A stretch of 19,054 nucleotides of DNA from Candidatus Eiseniibacteriota bacterium (GTDB taxonomy: Bacteria; Eisenbacteria; RBG-16-71-46): contig JBGAOA010000077.1 in NCBI GenBank assembly GCA_044222065.1, positions 1 to 19,054 of the forward strand, read 5' to 3'. Shown here in pieces: positions 1-9,098 of this stretch. Positions within the stretch are counted from its first letter, which is position 1; every line of letters starts with the position of its first letter. The notes beneath the pieces were generated by a model. That model was not told where the DNA came from, did not search any database, and saw only the letters and a list, made by a program, of their open reading frames with translations. The position numbers and the translations under genes were made by a program.

Positions 1-1167
1 GCGCGCGTCGCCTCGAGCCGGGGCGCGCACGGTTTCGACGTCACGATCGGACAGGCGGGCTACGCGAACCGGCTCGCGAGCGGCGAAGGCGAGGCGATCG
101 GTACCGAGACGGGCGGACTCGGCTACCGCTTCCGTCGCGGCTCGTTCGCCGCCGACGCGCGTTTCGAGCGCACCGTGGACCAGCGCTCGAGCGACGCGCC
201 GTTCTTCGGACGCTCGCGCCGCGACGCGCAGGACACGCGCGGCGCGCTCGGGCTGTCGCTCGCTCGCGGCGCGGGGCAGTGGACGCTCGCGACCGCGTGG
301 CGGCGCGGGCTCGTGCGCCGCACGTTCGATCCCGCGTTCTCCGCCGCCTCGGACGCGTTCGAGGCGCGCGCGGGCTGGGCGGGGCCCGCCGCGGACGGCC
401 GGCTCGCGCTCGACGTCGCGCTCGCGCGCGAGTCGGCGATCGGGCGCACGCTCGCCGTGCCTTCGGCGCGCTTCGAGTTCGGCGGGCCCGGGGCCGGCGG
501 CGCGGTCGGCGCGTCACGGCGGCTCGCACCCGTGTGGAGCGATCTCGCCGACGGCGACGCCCCGTTCCTGCAGGACACCTGGGCCGCCTCGATGTCGGCG
601 CACGCGGGCGGCGCGTGGGGCCCGCACGCCGCCGCGTCCGCGCAGCTCGGCCGCACGCGCGACCGCGCGATCGTCGCGCGGCTGCCGCTCGACGAACTCT
701 GGATGCGCCTCGGCGTCGCGCGCGAGCGCGGAACGAGCGCGTTCGGGCTCGTGACCGCCGAGCTCGCGTGGTGCGCGCCCGCGTGGGAGGCGGGCGCGAG
801 CGGCTTCGGCCTGTCGCGCGACCGCAGCGCGCTCCAGGCGGACGTGGATCCCGCGTCCGGGTTCCGCGCGTGGATCGAAGGCCGCACGCGCACGTTCGGC
901 GGCGACCTCGGGCTCGCGCTGCGGCTCGCGGCGAGCGGGATCGGCGAGCGCGCGCCCGAGGCGGATCCCGAGCGCCGGCTCGCCGCGTACGTCACGTACG
1001 ACGCGTCGCTCACGCTCGAGATCGGCGACGCTCGCATCGTGATCCGCGGCCGCGAACTCGAGGACCGCCCGCACGCCGAGGTGTGGACCGATCTCGTGAC
1101 GGGCGAGGACGCGCGCTCTCCCGGGCGCACGCTCCAGACGTTCATCGTCTGGCGCTTCGTCAACTAG
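1..1167 (+). CDS. 5'-truncated putative outer-membrane beta-barrel protein (TonB-dependent receptor-like or porin-like C-terminal part)
   Basis: The frame of ORF 175..1167 is open back to base 1. It has many amphipathic beta-strand-like segments (GLGYRF, ALGLSLA, RLALDVALA, YDASLTLEIGDARIVIRG) and an aromatic-rich terminal strand (FIVWRFVN-stop) like a barrel insertion signal. Family not identified. Confidence 0.55.
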   Translation, partial: ARVASSRGAHGFDVTIGQAGYANRLASGEGEAIGTETGGLGYRFRRGSFAADARFERTVDQRSSDAPFFGRSRRDAQDTRGALGLSLARGAGQWTLATAWRRGLVRRTFDPAFSAASDAFEARAGWAGPAADGRLALDVALARESAIGRTLAVPSARFEFGGPGAGGAVGASRRLAPVWSDLADGDAPFLQDTWAASMSAHAGGAWGPHAAASAQLGRTRDRAIVARLPLDELWMRLGVARERGTSAFGLVTAELAWCAPAWEAGASGFGLSRDRSALQADVDPASGFRAWIEGRTRTFGGDLGLALRLAASGIGERAPEADPERRLAAYVTYDASLTLEIGDARIVIRGRELEDRPHAEVWTDLVTGEDARSPGRTLQTFIVWRFVN

Positions 1168-1214
1168 GCCGGAGCCAGAGCCCGGCCGAAGACCCGCCCC
1201 CGCGGGGGACGACG

Positions 1215-1652
1215 GTGTTCGAGTTCACGCCCGAGGAGCGGCGCGGGGCCGTCCTGCTGCTCGCGCTGCTCGCGCTCGGCGTCGGCTGGGACCTGTGGCG
1301 CGCGGACCATCCCGTGCCGATACCGGCCGAAGGGTCGCGAGCTTCCGCCTCGCTGGAACGGCCCGCCTCGAATTCGCCCGCGAGTGCCGCACCGGCCGAC
1401 GCGCCGGTGGACGTCAATCGGGCCGACGAATCCGAACTCGACCGGCTGCCCGGCATCGGTCCGGTGCTCGCCCGCCGGATCGTCGAACACCGGCGCCGGA
1501 ACGGGCCCTTTAGAAGAGTGGAGGAGTTGCGGGCCGTCCGGGGCATCGGCCCCACGCTGTTCTCGCGCATTGCGCCTCGCATCGTCGCGGGCGCGGACGG
1601 GCGCGAAGGCCGCGGCGACGGCGGCCGCGAGGCGCGCTCCGGAGCGCGCTGA
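1215..1652 (+). CDS. comEA: ComEA-family helix-hairpin-helix DNA-binding competence protein (~145 aa)
   Basis: GTG at 1215 after GGGGGA. N-terminal hydrophobic anchor (AVLLLALLALGVGWDLW), Pro/Ala linker, then VDVNRADESELDRLPGIGPVLARRIV...GPFRRVEELRAVRGIGP, the tandem HhH motifs of ComEA. Confidence 0.92.
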   Translation: MFEFTPEERRGAVLLLALLALGVGWDLWRADHPVPIPAEGSRASASLERPASNSPASAAPADAPVDVNRADESELDRLPGIGPVLARRIVEHRRRNGPFRRVEELRAVRGIGPTLFSRIAPRIVAGADGREGRGDGGREARSGAR

Positions 1653-1733
1653 TCGCCGGCGCGGCGCGCGTCGCGCGGCAGAACGTGCCGCGCGAAATGC
1701 ACGCGCGCGCGCGCCGCCGCGTGCAGATTCCGG

Positions 1734-1761
1734 TGAAGGTCCGTCCGCGTCGCTCCGATAC
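1734..1761 (+). promoter_or_regulatory. Putative sigma28 (FliA/WhiG)-like promoter upstream of pilB
   Basis: TGAAG-N15-TCCGATAC resembles the sigma28 consensus (TAAA/TCAAG ... GCCGATAA). The same motif and spacing recur upstream of pilM. Confidence 0.45.
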
Positions 1762-1907
1762 CACCCGCGGGCTCGACTCCCGCGCCCTCCGCCCGCGGGA
1801 CGAACGCCGGGACCGCCACTCGGTGGCCGGTCTCCGCACACGCATGCATCACGCGCACTTCGGCGAGGTCCGCGCCAGCGGCTTCGTGTCACGCGAGGGA
1901 TTCGCAC

Positions 1908-3602
1908 GTGCAGGATGACATCGGACAGAAGCTGCTCGAAGCACGGCTGATCGACGAGAGCGCGCTGCAGAAGGCGGCGCAGCAGCAGAAGAGCCTCGGC
2001 GGCACGCTCAGCGCCAACCTCGTCAAGGTCGGCGCGATCTCCGAGGAAGGGCTGCTCGAGTTCCTGTCGCGCCACTACGCCGTGCCGTCGATCGACCTGC
2101 GTTCGATCGAGCCGGATCCGGCGCTGACGAAGCTGCTGCCGGGCGACATCGCGACCAAGTTCATCGCGCTCCCAGTGTCGCGCAGCGGCCGCCGTCTGCT
2201 CGTCGCGATGGCGAACCCGTCCAACATCTTCGCGATCGACGACATCAAGTTCATCACGGGCTACGAGGTCGAGCCGCACGTCGCGACCGAGGCGGCGCTC
2301 AAGAAGGCGCTCGACAAGGCGTACGACTCCGCCGGAACGATGGCGGACGTGATGAAGGGCATCGAAGAGGACCTCGCGGTCGTCGAGGAGGAAGAGACGA
2401 CCGAGGCCGACAGCGGCCTCGCGGGCATGGACGAGGCGCCGATCGTCAAGCTCGTGAACTCGCTCATCGCCGACGCGGTGCGCAAGGGCGCCTCGGACAT
2501 CCACATCGAGCCGTACGAGAAGTCCATGCGCGTGCGCTTCCGCATCGACGGCGTGCTGCAGGAGATGATGGCGCCGCCGTTCAAGTTCAAGGCGGCGATC
2601 CTGTCGCGCCTGAAGATCATGGCCGAACTCGATATCGCCGAGCGCCGCGTGCCGCAGGACGGCCGCATCAAGATCAAGGTGCTGAACCGCACGATCGACC
2701 TGCGCGTGTCGTCGCTCCCGACGATCTTCGGCGAGAAGATCGTCATGCGAATCCTCGACAAGGCGAACCTGAACATCGACCTCGAGAAGCTCGGCTTCGA
2801 GCCGGTCTCGATGCGCGAGTTCGTGTCCGCGATCGCGAACCCTTACGGCATGGTGCTCGTCACCGGCCCGACCGGATCGGGCAAGACGACGACGCTCTAC
2901 TCGGCGCTCTCGCGCGTGAACACGCCCGAGGTGAACGTCATGACCGCCGAGGACCCGGTCGAGTACAACCTCGACGGCATCAACCAGGTGCTCGTGAACG
3001 ACGACGTCGGCCTGACGTTCGCCGCGGCGCTCAAGGCGTTCCTGCGCCAGGACCCGAACATCATCATGGTCGGCGAAATCCGCGACATCGACACGGGCTC
3101 GATCGCCGTCAAGGCCGCGCTCACCGGCCACCTCGTGCTGTCGACGTTGCACACGAACGACGCGCCGAGCGCGATCGGACGAATGATCGACATGGGCGTG
3201 GAGCCGTTCCTCGTCGCGTCCTCGGTGAACCTGATCCTCGCCCAGCGACTCGTGCGCCGCGCGTGCGCCGCCTGCAAGCGGCCGGTGACGCTCAACGAGG
3301 AAGTGCTGCGCGAGCTGCAGATGGACCCGGAAGACGCGAAGAAGGCCACGTTCATGCAGGGCGTGGGCTGCATCGAGTGCAACAACACGGGCTACCGCGG
3401 ACGCCAGGGCGTCTACGAGGTCATGCCGATGACGCCGAAGATCCGCGACCTCGTGCTGGAGCGCGCGTCGGCGAACGACATCAAGAAGACCGCCGTCCAG
3501 GAGGGCATGCTCACGCTGCGGCGCGACGCGCTCGAGAAGCTCAAGCGGGGGCTGACGACGGCGGAAGAAGTGCTGAAGGAAACCGCTGCCGACAAGTTCT
3601 AG
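1908..3602 (+). CDS. pilB: Type IV pilus assembly ATPase PilB (564 aa)
   Basis: ASDIHIEP, LDIAERRVPQDGRI, Walker A GPTGSGKTT, TAEDPVEY, LRQDPNIIMVGEIRD, TGHLVLSTLHTND, tetracysteine CAAC...CIEC; N-terminal MshEN-like region. Confidence 0.97.
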   Translation: MQDDIGQKLLEARLIDESALQKAAQQQKSLGGTLSANLVKVGAISEEGLLEFLSRHYAVPSIDLRSIEPDPALTKLLPGDIATKFIALPVSRSGRRLLVAMANPSNIFAIDDIKFITGYEVEPHVATEAALKKALDKAYDSAGTMADVMKGIEEDLAVVEEEETTEADSGLAGMDEAPIVKLVNSLIADAVRKGASDIHIEPYEKSMRVRFRIDGVLQEMMAPPFKFKAAILSRLKIMAELDIAERRVPQDGRIKIKVLNRTIDLRVSSLPTIFGEKIVMRILDKANLNIDLEKLGFEPVSMREFVSAIANPYGMVLVTGPTGSGKTTTLYSALSRVNTPEVNVMTAEDPVEYNLDGINQVLVNDDVGLTFAAALKAFLRQDPNIIMVGEIRDIDTGSIAVKAALTGHLVLSTLHTNDAPSAIGRMIDMGVEPFLVASSVNLILAQRLVRRACAACKRPVTLNEEVLRELQMDPEDAKKATFMQGVGCIECNNTGYRGRQGVYEVMPMTPKIRDLVLERASANDIKKTAVQEGMLTLRRDALEKLKRGLTTAEEVLKETAADKF

Positions 3603-3643
3603 TCGGTGGAGCGATCTCCGGATCGGAGAGAAAGGGAACGACC

Positions 3644-4720
3644 GTGGTGACGCTGAGGCAACTGCTGGAAGACATGGTGAGCCGGAGGGCTTCGGACCTC
3701 CACCTGACGGCCGGCGTGCCGCCGGAGTTCCGAGTCGACGGCTCGATCGTGCCGGCCGACTACGAGGTGCTGTCGCCGGAGATGTGCACCCAGCTCGCCT
3801 ACAGCGTCATGTCGGACGAGCAGCGCAAGCGCTTCGAGACCACGAAGGAACTCGACTTCTCCTTCGGCGTGAAGGGCCTGTCGCGCTACCGCGCGAACGT
3901 GTTCCTGCAGCGCGGCGTCGTCTCGATGGCGATCCGCCAGATTCCCTACGAGATCATCGCGATGGAGAAGCTCGGGCTGCCGACGATCGTGCGCGAGTTC
4001 ACGACGCGGCAGAAGGGGCTGATTCTGATCACGGGTCCGACCGGCAGCGGCAAGACGACCACGCTCGCCGCGATGCTCGACAAGATCAACGCCTCGCGTC
4101 AGGCGCACATCATGACGATCGAGGACCCGATCGAGTACATCCACCACCACAAGAAGTGCATCGTGAACCAGCGCGAGGTCGGCGCGGACACGGCGTCGTT
4201 CCCGACCGCGCTCAAGTACGTCCTGCGGCAGGACCCGGACGTGATCCTGATCGGCGAAATGCGCGACCTCGAGACGATCGAGGCGGCGCTGACGATCGCC
4301 GAGACCGGCCACCTCGTGTTCGCGACGCTGCACACGAACTCCACGTACGAAGCCGTGAATCGCATCGTGGACGTGTTCCCCTCCGACCAGCAGCGCCAGA
4401 TCCTCACGCAGCTCTCGTTCGTGCTCGAGGGCGTCGTGACGCAGCAGCTCATCCCGCGCAGCCGCGGGACGGGCCGCGTGATGTGCTCGGAGGTGCTCGT
4501 CTGCACCCCCGCGATCAAGGCGGTCGTCCGCGAGGGCAAGGTGCACCAGATCTACAGCCTCATGCAGGCGGGCCAGAAGTTCGGAATGCAGACCATGAAT
4601 CAGTCGCTCCTCCAGATGGTGCTCGACAAGCAGCTGTCGGCGGAGGACGCCCTGGATCGCTCCACGGACCGCGTCGAGCTCGAGAGCATGCTCGGCAAGG
4701 TGCTGCGGGCGGCGGCGTAG
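3644..4720 (+). CDS. pilT: Type IV pilus retraction ATPase PilT (~358 aa; start may be GTG 3644 or 3647)
   Basis: ASDLHL, GPTGSGKTTT, TIEDPIEY, NQREVG, LRQDPDVILIGEMRDLET, AETGHLVFATLHT, GMQTM. Purine-rich RBS just upstream. Confidence 0.96.
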   Translation: MVTLRQLLEDMVSRRASDLHLTAGVPPEFRVDGSIVPADYEVLSPEMCTQLAYSVMSDEQRKRFETTKELDFSFGVKGLSRYRANVFLQRGVVSMAIRQIPYEIIAMEKLGLPTIVREFTTRQKGLILITGPTGSGKTTTLAAMLDKINASRQAHIMTIEDPIEYIHHHKKCIVNQREVGADTASFPTALKYVLRQDPDVILIGEMRDLETIEAALTIAETGHLVFATLHTNSTYEAVNRIVDVFPSDQQRQILTQLSFVLEGVVTQQLIPRSRGTGRVMCSEVLVCTPAIKAVVREGKVHQIYSLMQAGQKFGMQTMNQSLLQMVLDKQLSAEDALDRSTDRVELESMLGKVLRAAA

Positions 4721-4729
4721 GAGACCACC

Positions 4730-5944
4730 ATGCCTGTCTTCGTTTGGAAGGGCCGGACGCTCGCGGGCGAGACCCAGTCGGGCGAGATCGAAGTCAACCG
4801 GCAGGAAGAAGTCATCGATGCGCTGCGCAAGAAGAAGATCCTCGTCACGTCCGTGCGTCCGAAGACCGGCGGCATCGCCCTGCCGAAGATCGGCGGCAGC
4901 GGCGTCAGCACGAAGGACCTCGCGATCTTCACGCGGCAGTTCGCGACGATGATCTCGGCGGGCCTGCCGCTCGTGCAGTGCCTCGACATCCTCGCGAAGC
5001 AGGCGTCGAAGCCGTCGTTCGGCCGCATGATCGGGGACGTCACGCGCGAGGTGGAGTCGGGCTCGACCCTGTCCGACGCGCTCGGCAAGCACAAGGCCGT
5101 GTTCGACGACCTCTTCCGGAACATGGTGGCGGCCGGCGAAGCGGGCGGCGTGCTGGACGAGATCCTCATGCGTCTCGCGACTTACATCGAGAAGGCCGAC
5201 GCCCTGAAGCGCAAGGTGCAGAGCGCGCTCGTCTACCCGGCGGTCGTGCTCTCGGTCGCGCTCGGCGCCACGGCGTTCATGCTCATCTTCATCATCCCGA
5301 CGTTCGCCAAGATGTTCACCGACTTCGGCGGCGAGCTGCCGCTGCCGACGAAGATCGTGCTCATCCTGTCGAGCTTCCTGACCCACTACTGGTGGGTGCT
5401 GCTGCTGTCGCTCATCGGCGCGGGCATCGCGTTCCAGCGCTACTACGCGACCGAGGGCGGACGTCGCCAGGTGGACGCGATCATGCTCAAGGTGCCCGTG
5501 ATCGGCGACGTGCTGCTGAAGGGCGCGGTCGCGCGCTTCACGCGCACGCTCGGCACGCTGATCGCGTCGGGCGTCCCGATCCTCGCGGGCCTCGAGATCA
5601 CGGCGCGTACCGCCGGCAACAAGATCATCGCCGAGGCGATCATGAACGCGCGGGCTTCGATCCGCGAGGGCGAAACCGTGTCGGCGCCGCTCAAGTCGTC
5701 CGGCGTGTTCCCGCCGATGGTCACGCAGATGATCTCGGTCGGCGAGCAGACCGGCGCCCTGGACGAGATGCTCACGAAGATCGCGGTCTTCTACGAGGCC
5801 GAGGTCGACACGGCGGTGGATACGCTGACGTCGATCATCGAGCCCGTGATGATCGTCGTGATGGGCGGCATCGTCGGCGGCATGGTCGTCGCGATGTACC
5901 TCCCGATGTTCAAGCTCATCACGGTCGTCGCGGACGGCAAGTGA
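4730..5944 (+). CDS. pilC: Type IV pilus inner-membrane platform protein PilC (GspF family, 404 aa)
   Basis: FTRQFATMISAGLPL, AGEAGGVLD, ALVYP, VGEQTGALDEML, IIEP, MYLPMF; GGAG RBS. Confidence 0.96.
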   Translation: MPVFVWKGRTLAGETQSGEIEVNRQEEVIDALRKKKILVTSVRPKTGGIALPKIGGSGVSTKDLAIFTRQFATMISAGLPLVQCLDILAKQASKPSFGRMIGDVTREVESGSTLSDALGKHKAVFDDLFRNMVAAGEAGGVLDEILMRLATYIEKADALKRKVQSALVYPAVVLSVALGATAFMLIFIIPTFAKMFTDFGGELPLPTKIVLILSSFLTHYWWVLLLSLIGAGIAFQRYYATEGGRRQVDAIMLKVPVIGDVLLKGAVARFTRTLGTLIASGVPILAGLEITARTAGNKIIAEAIMNARASIREGETVSAPLKSSGVFPPMVTQMISVGEQTGALDEMLTKIAVFYEAEVDTAVDTLTSIIEPVMIVVMGGIVGGMVVAMYLPMFKLITVVADGK

Positions 5945-7602
5945 CCCACGCCGCGGCCTCGTCGGCCCCCCAGGGGGCGCTGCGCGACCGGTGGGAGGGT
6001 CTGCGGACATTGATCCGCGCCCGCCTGCTGGTCGCGACGCTGGCGCTGCCGGTCGGAGTGCTGCTCCGACCGCAGGCCGACGACCGCGCGGTGCCGGTGC
6101 TGTGGGGGGCGTTCCTCGCGGTCGGCACGCTGTCGGCCGTGTTCGAACTCGGAGTGCGGCTGCGTCGCGGCTGGCCGTTCCAGCTCGCGTTCCAGCTCCT
6201 GTGCGACCTGGCGCTCATCGGCGCGCTCGCCGCGACGACCGGGGCGCGCGAGAGCCAGTTCGTGATGTTCTTCGCGCTCGTCGTCATCACGGGCGGACTG
6301 CTCGGCCGCGTGCCGGGCGGCACGTTCGCGGCGGCGGGCGCGTGCGCGGTGTACCTCGTGCTCCCGGCCGGGGAGCAGGCGCTCGGATTCCGACACGATC
6401 CGGCGCTCGCGGCCGAGCTGCCGCGGCCGGCGCTGAACCTGGCGTTCTGGTCCATGGCGGGCGTCCTCGCGGGACTCCTCGGTGAGCGCGTGCGCCGCAC
6501 GCGCGAGGACCTGGACCGCACGACGCGCGAACTGGACCGCGTGCGCGTGGACAACGACCTCATCCTGCGGCACCTCACGACCGGCGTCATGATGGTGAAC
6601 GGCGAAGGCGTCATCGCGTACCTCAACCCGGCGGCCGAACAGATGCTCGGCATGCGGGCGCTCGACCTGCGCGGCCGCACGCTCGAGGACGGCCTGCCCG
6701 AGCGCCTGCACCCGCTGCGGGACCTCGTGCGCGGCACGCTCGCGGCGCGCGCTCCGCGCGCGCGGGCGGAGATCACGCTCAAGACGCCCTCGGGCCGGCC
6801 GCTGCCGGTCGGCATCTCGACGAATCCCCTGACGCACGACACCGAGAGCGGGGGCGTGGTCGCGGTGTTCACCGACCTCACCGAAGTGCGCGAGATGGAA
6901 CGGCGCGCCCGCCGCAACGAGACGCTCGCCGAGGTCGGCGCGCTCGCCGCCGGCGTCGCTCACGAATTGCGCAACGGCCTGAAGCCGATCAGCGGCTCGG
7001 TCGAGTGCCTGCAGCGCGAGCTGAAGCTCGACGGCGAGAACGGCGTGCTGATGGAGCTGATCGCGCGCGAGAGCGCGCGGCTGAATCGGTTCGTCAGCGA
7101 CCTGCTCAACTATTCGCGCGAGCGCGAGATGGCGGTCACGCCGATCGGGCTCGCGGACGAACTGCGCGACGTGGCGACGATCGTCGCCCGCGATCCGCGC
7201 TGCGGCGAGTGCCGCGTGCGGCTGGACGAGGTGCCGGACGGGCTCGCGATCGCGGGCGACCGTGAGGCGCTGCGTCAGGTGTGGCTCAACCTCGCGGCCA
7301 ACGCGTTCGAGGCGATGCCGAACGGGGGGCAGCTGACCCTCCGGGCGGCCGAGCTCGACCGCGGAACGGTCGCGGTCGATTTCGCAGACACCGGATCCGG
7401 CATCGCGGCGGGCGACCTGCCGCGGGTCGGCCAACCGTTCTTCACCACCAAGCGAGGGGGCACGGGACTGGGGCTCGCGATCGCACAGCGGATCGTCGAG
7501 CGCCACGGCGGCACGCTGGTCCTCGAGAGCGCTCCGGGACGCGGCACGCGTGCGCGCGTCACGTTCCCCGCGACGGTGGCCGAGATGTCACAGGCGGCGT
7601 AA
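5941..7602 (+). CDS. pilS: PilS-like membrane sensor histidine kinase with PAS domain (~553 aa)
   Basis: GTG overlaps the pilC stop (GTGA). About 6 TM segments, a PAS region (YLNPAAEQMLG), H-box AHELRN, N-box NLAANA, DTGSGI, PFFTTKRGGTGLGL; directly upstream of an NtrC-type regulator and the pilins. Confidence 0.88.
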   Translation: MTHAAASSAPQGALRDRWEGLRTLIRARLLVATLALPVGVLLRPQADDRAVPVLWGAFLAVGTLSAVFELGVRLRRGWPFQLAFQLLCDLALIGALAATTGARESQFVMFFALVVITGGLLGRVPGGTFAAAGACAVYLVLPAGEQALGFRHDPALAAELPRPALNLAFWSMAGVLAGLLGERVRRTREDLDRTTRELDRVRVDNDLILRHLTTGVMMVNGEGVIAYLNPAAEQMLGMRALDLRGRTLEDGLPERLHPLRDLVRGTLAARAPRARAEITLKTPSGRPLPVGISTNPLTHDTESGGVVAVFTDLTEVREMERRARRNETLAEVGALAAGVAHELRNGLKPISGSVECLQRELKLDGENGVLMELIARESARLNRFVSDLLNYSREREMAVTPIGLADELRDVATIVARDPRCGECRVRLDEVPDGLAIAGDREALRQVWLNLAANAFEAMPNGGQLTLRAAELDRGTVAVDFADTGSGIAAGDLPRVGQPFFTTKRGGTGLGLAIAQRIVERHGGTLVLESAPGRGTRARVTFPATVAEMSQAA

Positions 7603-7634
7603 ACCGATCACAACGACTGGAAGAGGTGTCCGAC

Positions 7635-9047
7635 ATGGGTGCGGAAAAGATCCTCGTGGTGGATGACGAAGCCAGCATGACCCAGTTCCTCGGGATCGTG
7701 CTGCGCAAGGAGGGCTATCAGGTCACGACCACCAACAACGGCGCCGACGCGCTGGAGAAGGTGAAGGCCGAGGCTTTCGACGTCGTCATCAGCGACATCA
7801 AGATGCCGGGCATGGACGGCATCCAGCTCCTGCAGGCGCTCAAGAAGCAGGATCCGACGCTGCCCGTCGTGCTCATGACGGCGTACGCCTCGCAGCAGTC
7901 GGCGATCGACGCCGTGAACCTGGGCGCGTTCCAGTACCTCATCAAGAACGCGAAGAACGACGAGATCAAGCTCGTCGTCCACAACGCGATCGAGATGCGG
8001 AAGGTGCGGGTCGAGAACCAGTTCCTGAAGCGCGAGCTCAAGAAGGGCCACGAGGAGAAGGTGATGATCGGCTCCTCGGAGGAGATGGAGCGCGTCTTCA
8101 AGATGGTGGACAAGGTCGCCGACAGCGACGCCACGATCCTGATCCAGGGCGAGAGCGGCACGGGCAAGGAGCTCATCGCCCGCGAGATCCACTACCGCAG
8201 CCGGCGCGCGAACGGGCCGTTCGTGAGCATCAATTGCGGCGCGATCCCGCGGGACCTGCTCGAGAGCAACCTGTTCGGCCACGTGAAGGGCTCGTTCACG
8301 GGCGCCGTGCGCGACTCCCAGGGGTTGTTCCAGTTCGCCGAGGGCGGCACGTTCTTCCTCGACGAGGTGGGCGAAATGCCGCTCGCGACGCAGGTGAAGC
8401 TGCTCCGCGCGCTGCAGGAACGCGAGATCATCCCGGTCGGCGGCACGCAGCCCGTGAAGATCGACTGCCGGCTCGTCGCCGCGACGAACGCCGACCTCGA
8501 GCGCGAGGTCGCCGAGGGCCGCTTCCGCGCCGATCTCTTCTACCGGCTCAACGTGATCCCGATCAAGCTCCCGCCGCTGCGCCAGCGCCGCGACGACATC
8601 CCGCTGCTCGTGGACCACTTCCTCAAGCGCTTCGCGAACAACGGCCAGCCGCTCAAGAGCGTCAGCAAGGACGCGATGGACCTGCTGCTCAAGTACGACT
8701 GGGCGGGCAACGTGCGCGAACTCGAGAACGTCATGGAGCGCGCGCTGATCCTCGACGAGAGCGGCGTGATCGGCCCGGAGGATCTGCCGGACAAGGTGCG
8801 CCTCGGCTCGCAGCACCGCGGCTCGCTGATCATCGATTCCCCCACGATGACGCTCGAGGAGCTCGAGCGCGAGTACATCCTCAAGGTGCTCGACTCGACG
8901 CGCTGGCAGAAGAAGCGCGCGAGCGACATCCTCGGCATCAACGCGTCGACGCTCTACCGCAAGCTCATCGCCTACGGCGTCGAGAAGCCCGCGAGCGGCG
9001 ACGGCATGAACGGCGAGTCGCCAGACGCGCAGGAACACGCCGCCTGA
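7635..9047 (+). CDS. pilR: PilR-like sigma54-dependent response regulator (REC-AAA+-HTH, ~470 aa)
   Basis: ILVVDDE receiver, SDIKMPGMDG, GESGTGKE, LFGHVKGSFTGA, FLDEVGEM, FRADLFYRLNV, WAGNVRELEN, C-terminal HTH LGINASTLYRKL; GAGG RBS. Confidence 0.9.
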   Translation: MGAEKILVVDDEASMTQFLGIVLRKEGYQVTTTNNGADALEKVKAEAFDVVISDIKMPGMDGIQLLQALKKQDPTLPVVLMTAYASQQSAIDAVNLGAFQYLIKNAKNDEIKLVVHNAIEMRKVRVENQFLKRELKKGHEEKVMIGSSEEMERVFKMVDKVADSDATILIQGESGTGKELIAREIHYRSRRANGPFVSINCGAIPRDLLESNLFGHVKGSFTGAVRDSQGLFQFAEGGTFFLDEVGEMPLATQVKLLRALQEREIIPVGGTQPVKIDCRLVAATNADLEREVAEGRFRADLFYRLNVIPIKLPPLRQRRDDIPLLVDHFLKRFANNGQPLKSVSKDAMDLLLKYDWAGNVRELENVMERALILDESGVIGPEDLPDKVRLGSQHRGSLIIDSPTMTLEELEREYILKVLDSTRWQKKRASDILGINASTLYRKLIAYGVEKPASGDGMNGESPDAQEHAA

Positions 9048-9062
9048 GCGCGCACCTCACGG

Positions 9063-9098
9063 ACGGCCGGGGCCTTCGGGCTCCGGCCGTTTCGCTTT
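9063..9098 (+). terminator. Intrinsic terminator after pilR
   Basis: ACGGCCGGGGCC-TTCG-GGCTCCGGCCGT: 12-bp stem with a UUCG tetraloop, followed by TTCGCTTT. Confidence 0.75.

Noticed and set aside
3784..7602. 1272-aa ORF as a giant kinase
   Set aside because: The first ~720 codons are an off-frame read of pilT/pilC; the real kinase begins at GTG 5941, overlapping the pilC stop.
8289..8306. GSFTGA instead of GAFTGA in PilR
   Set aside because: A common variant in functional sigma54 activators; not evidence of inactivity.
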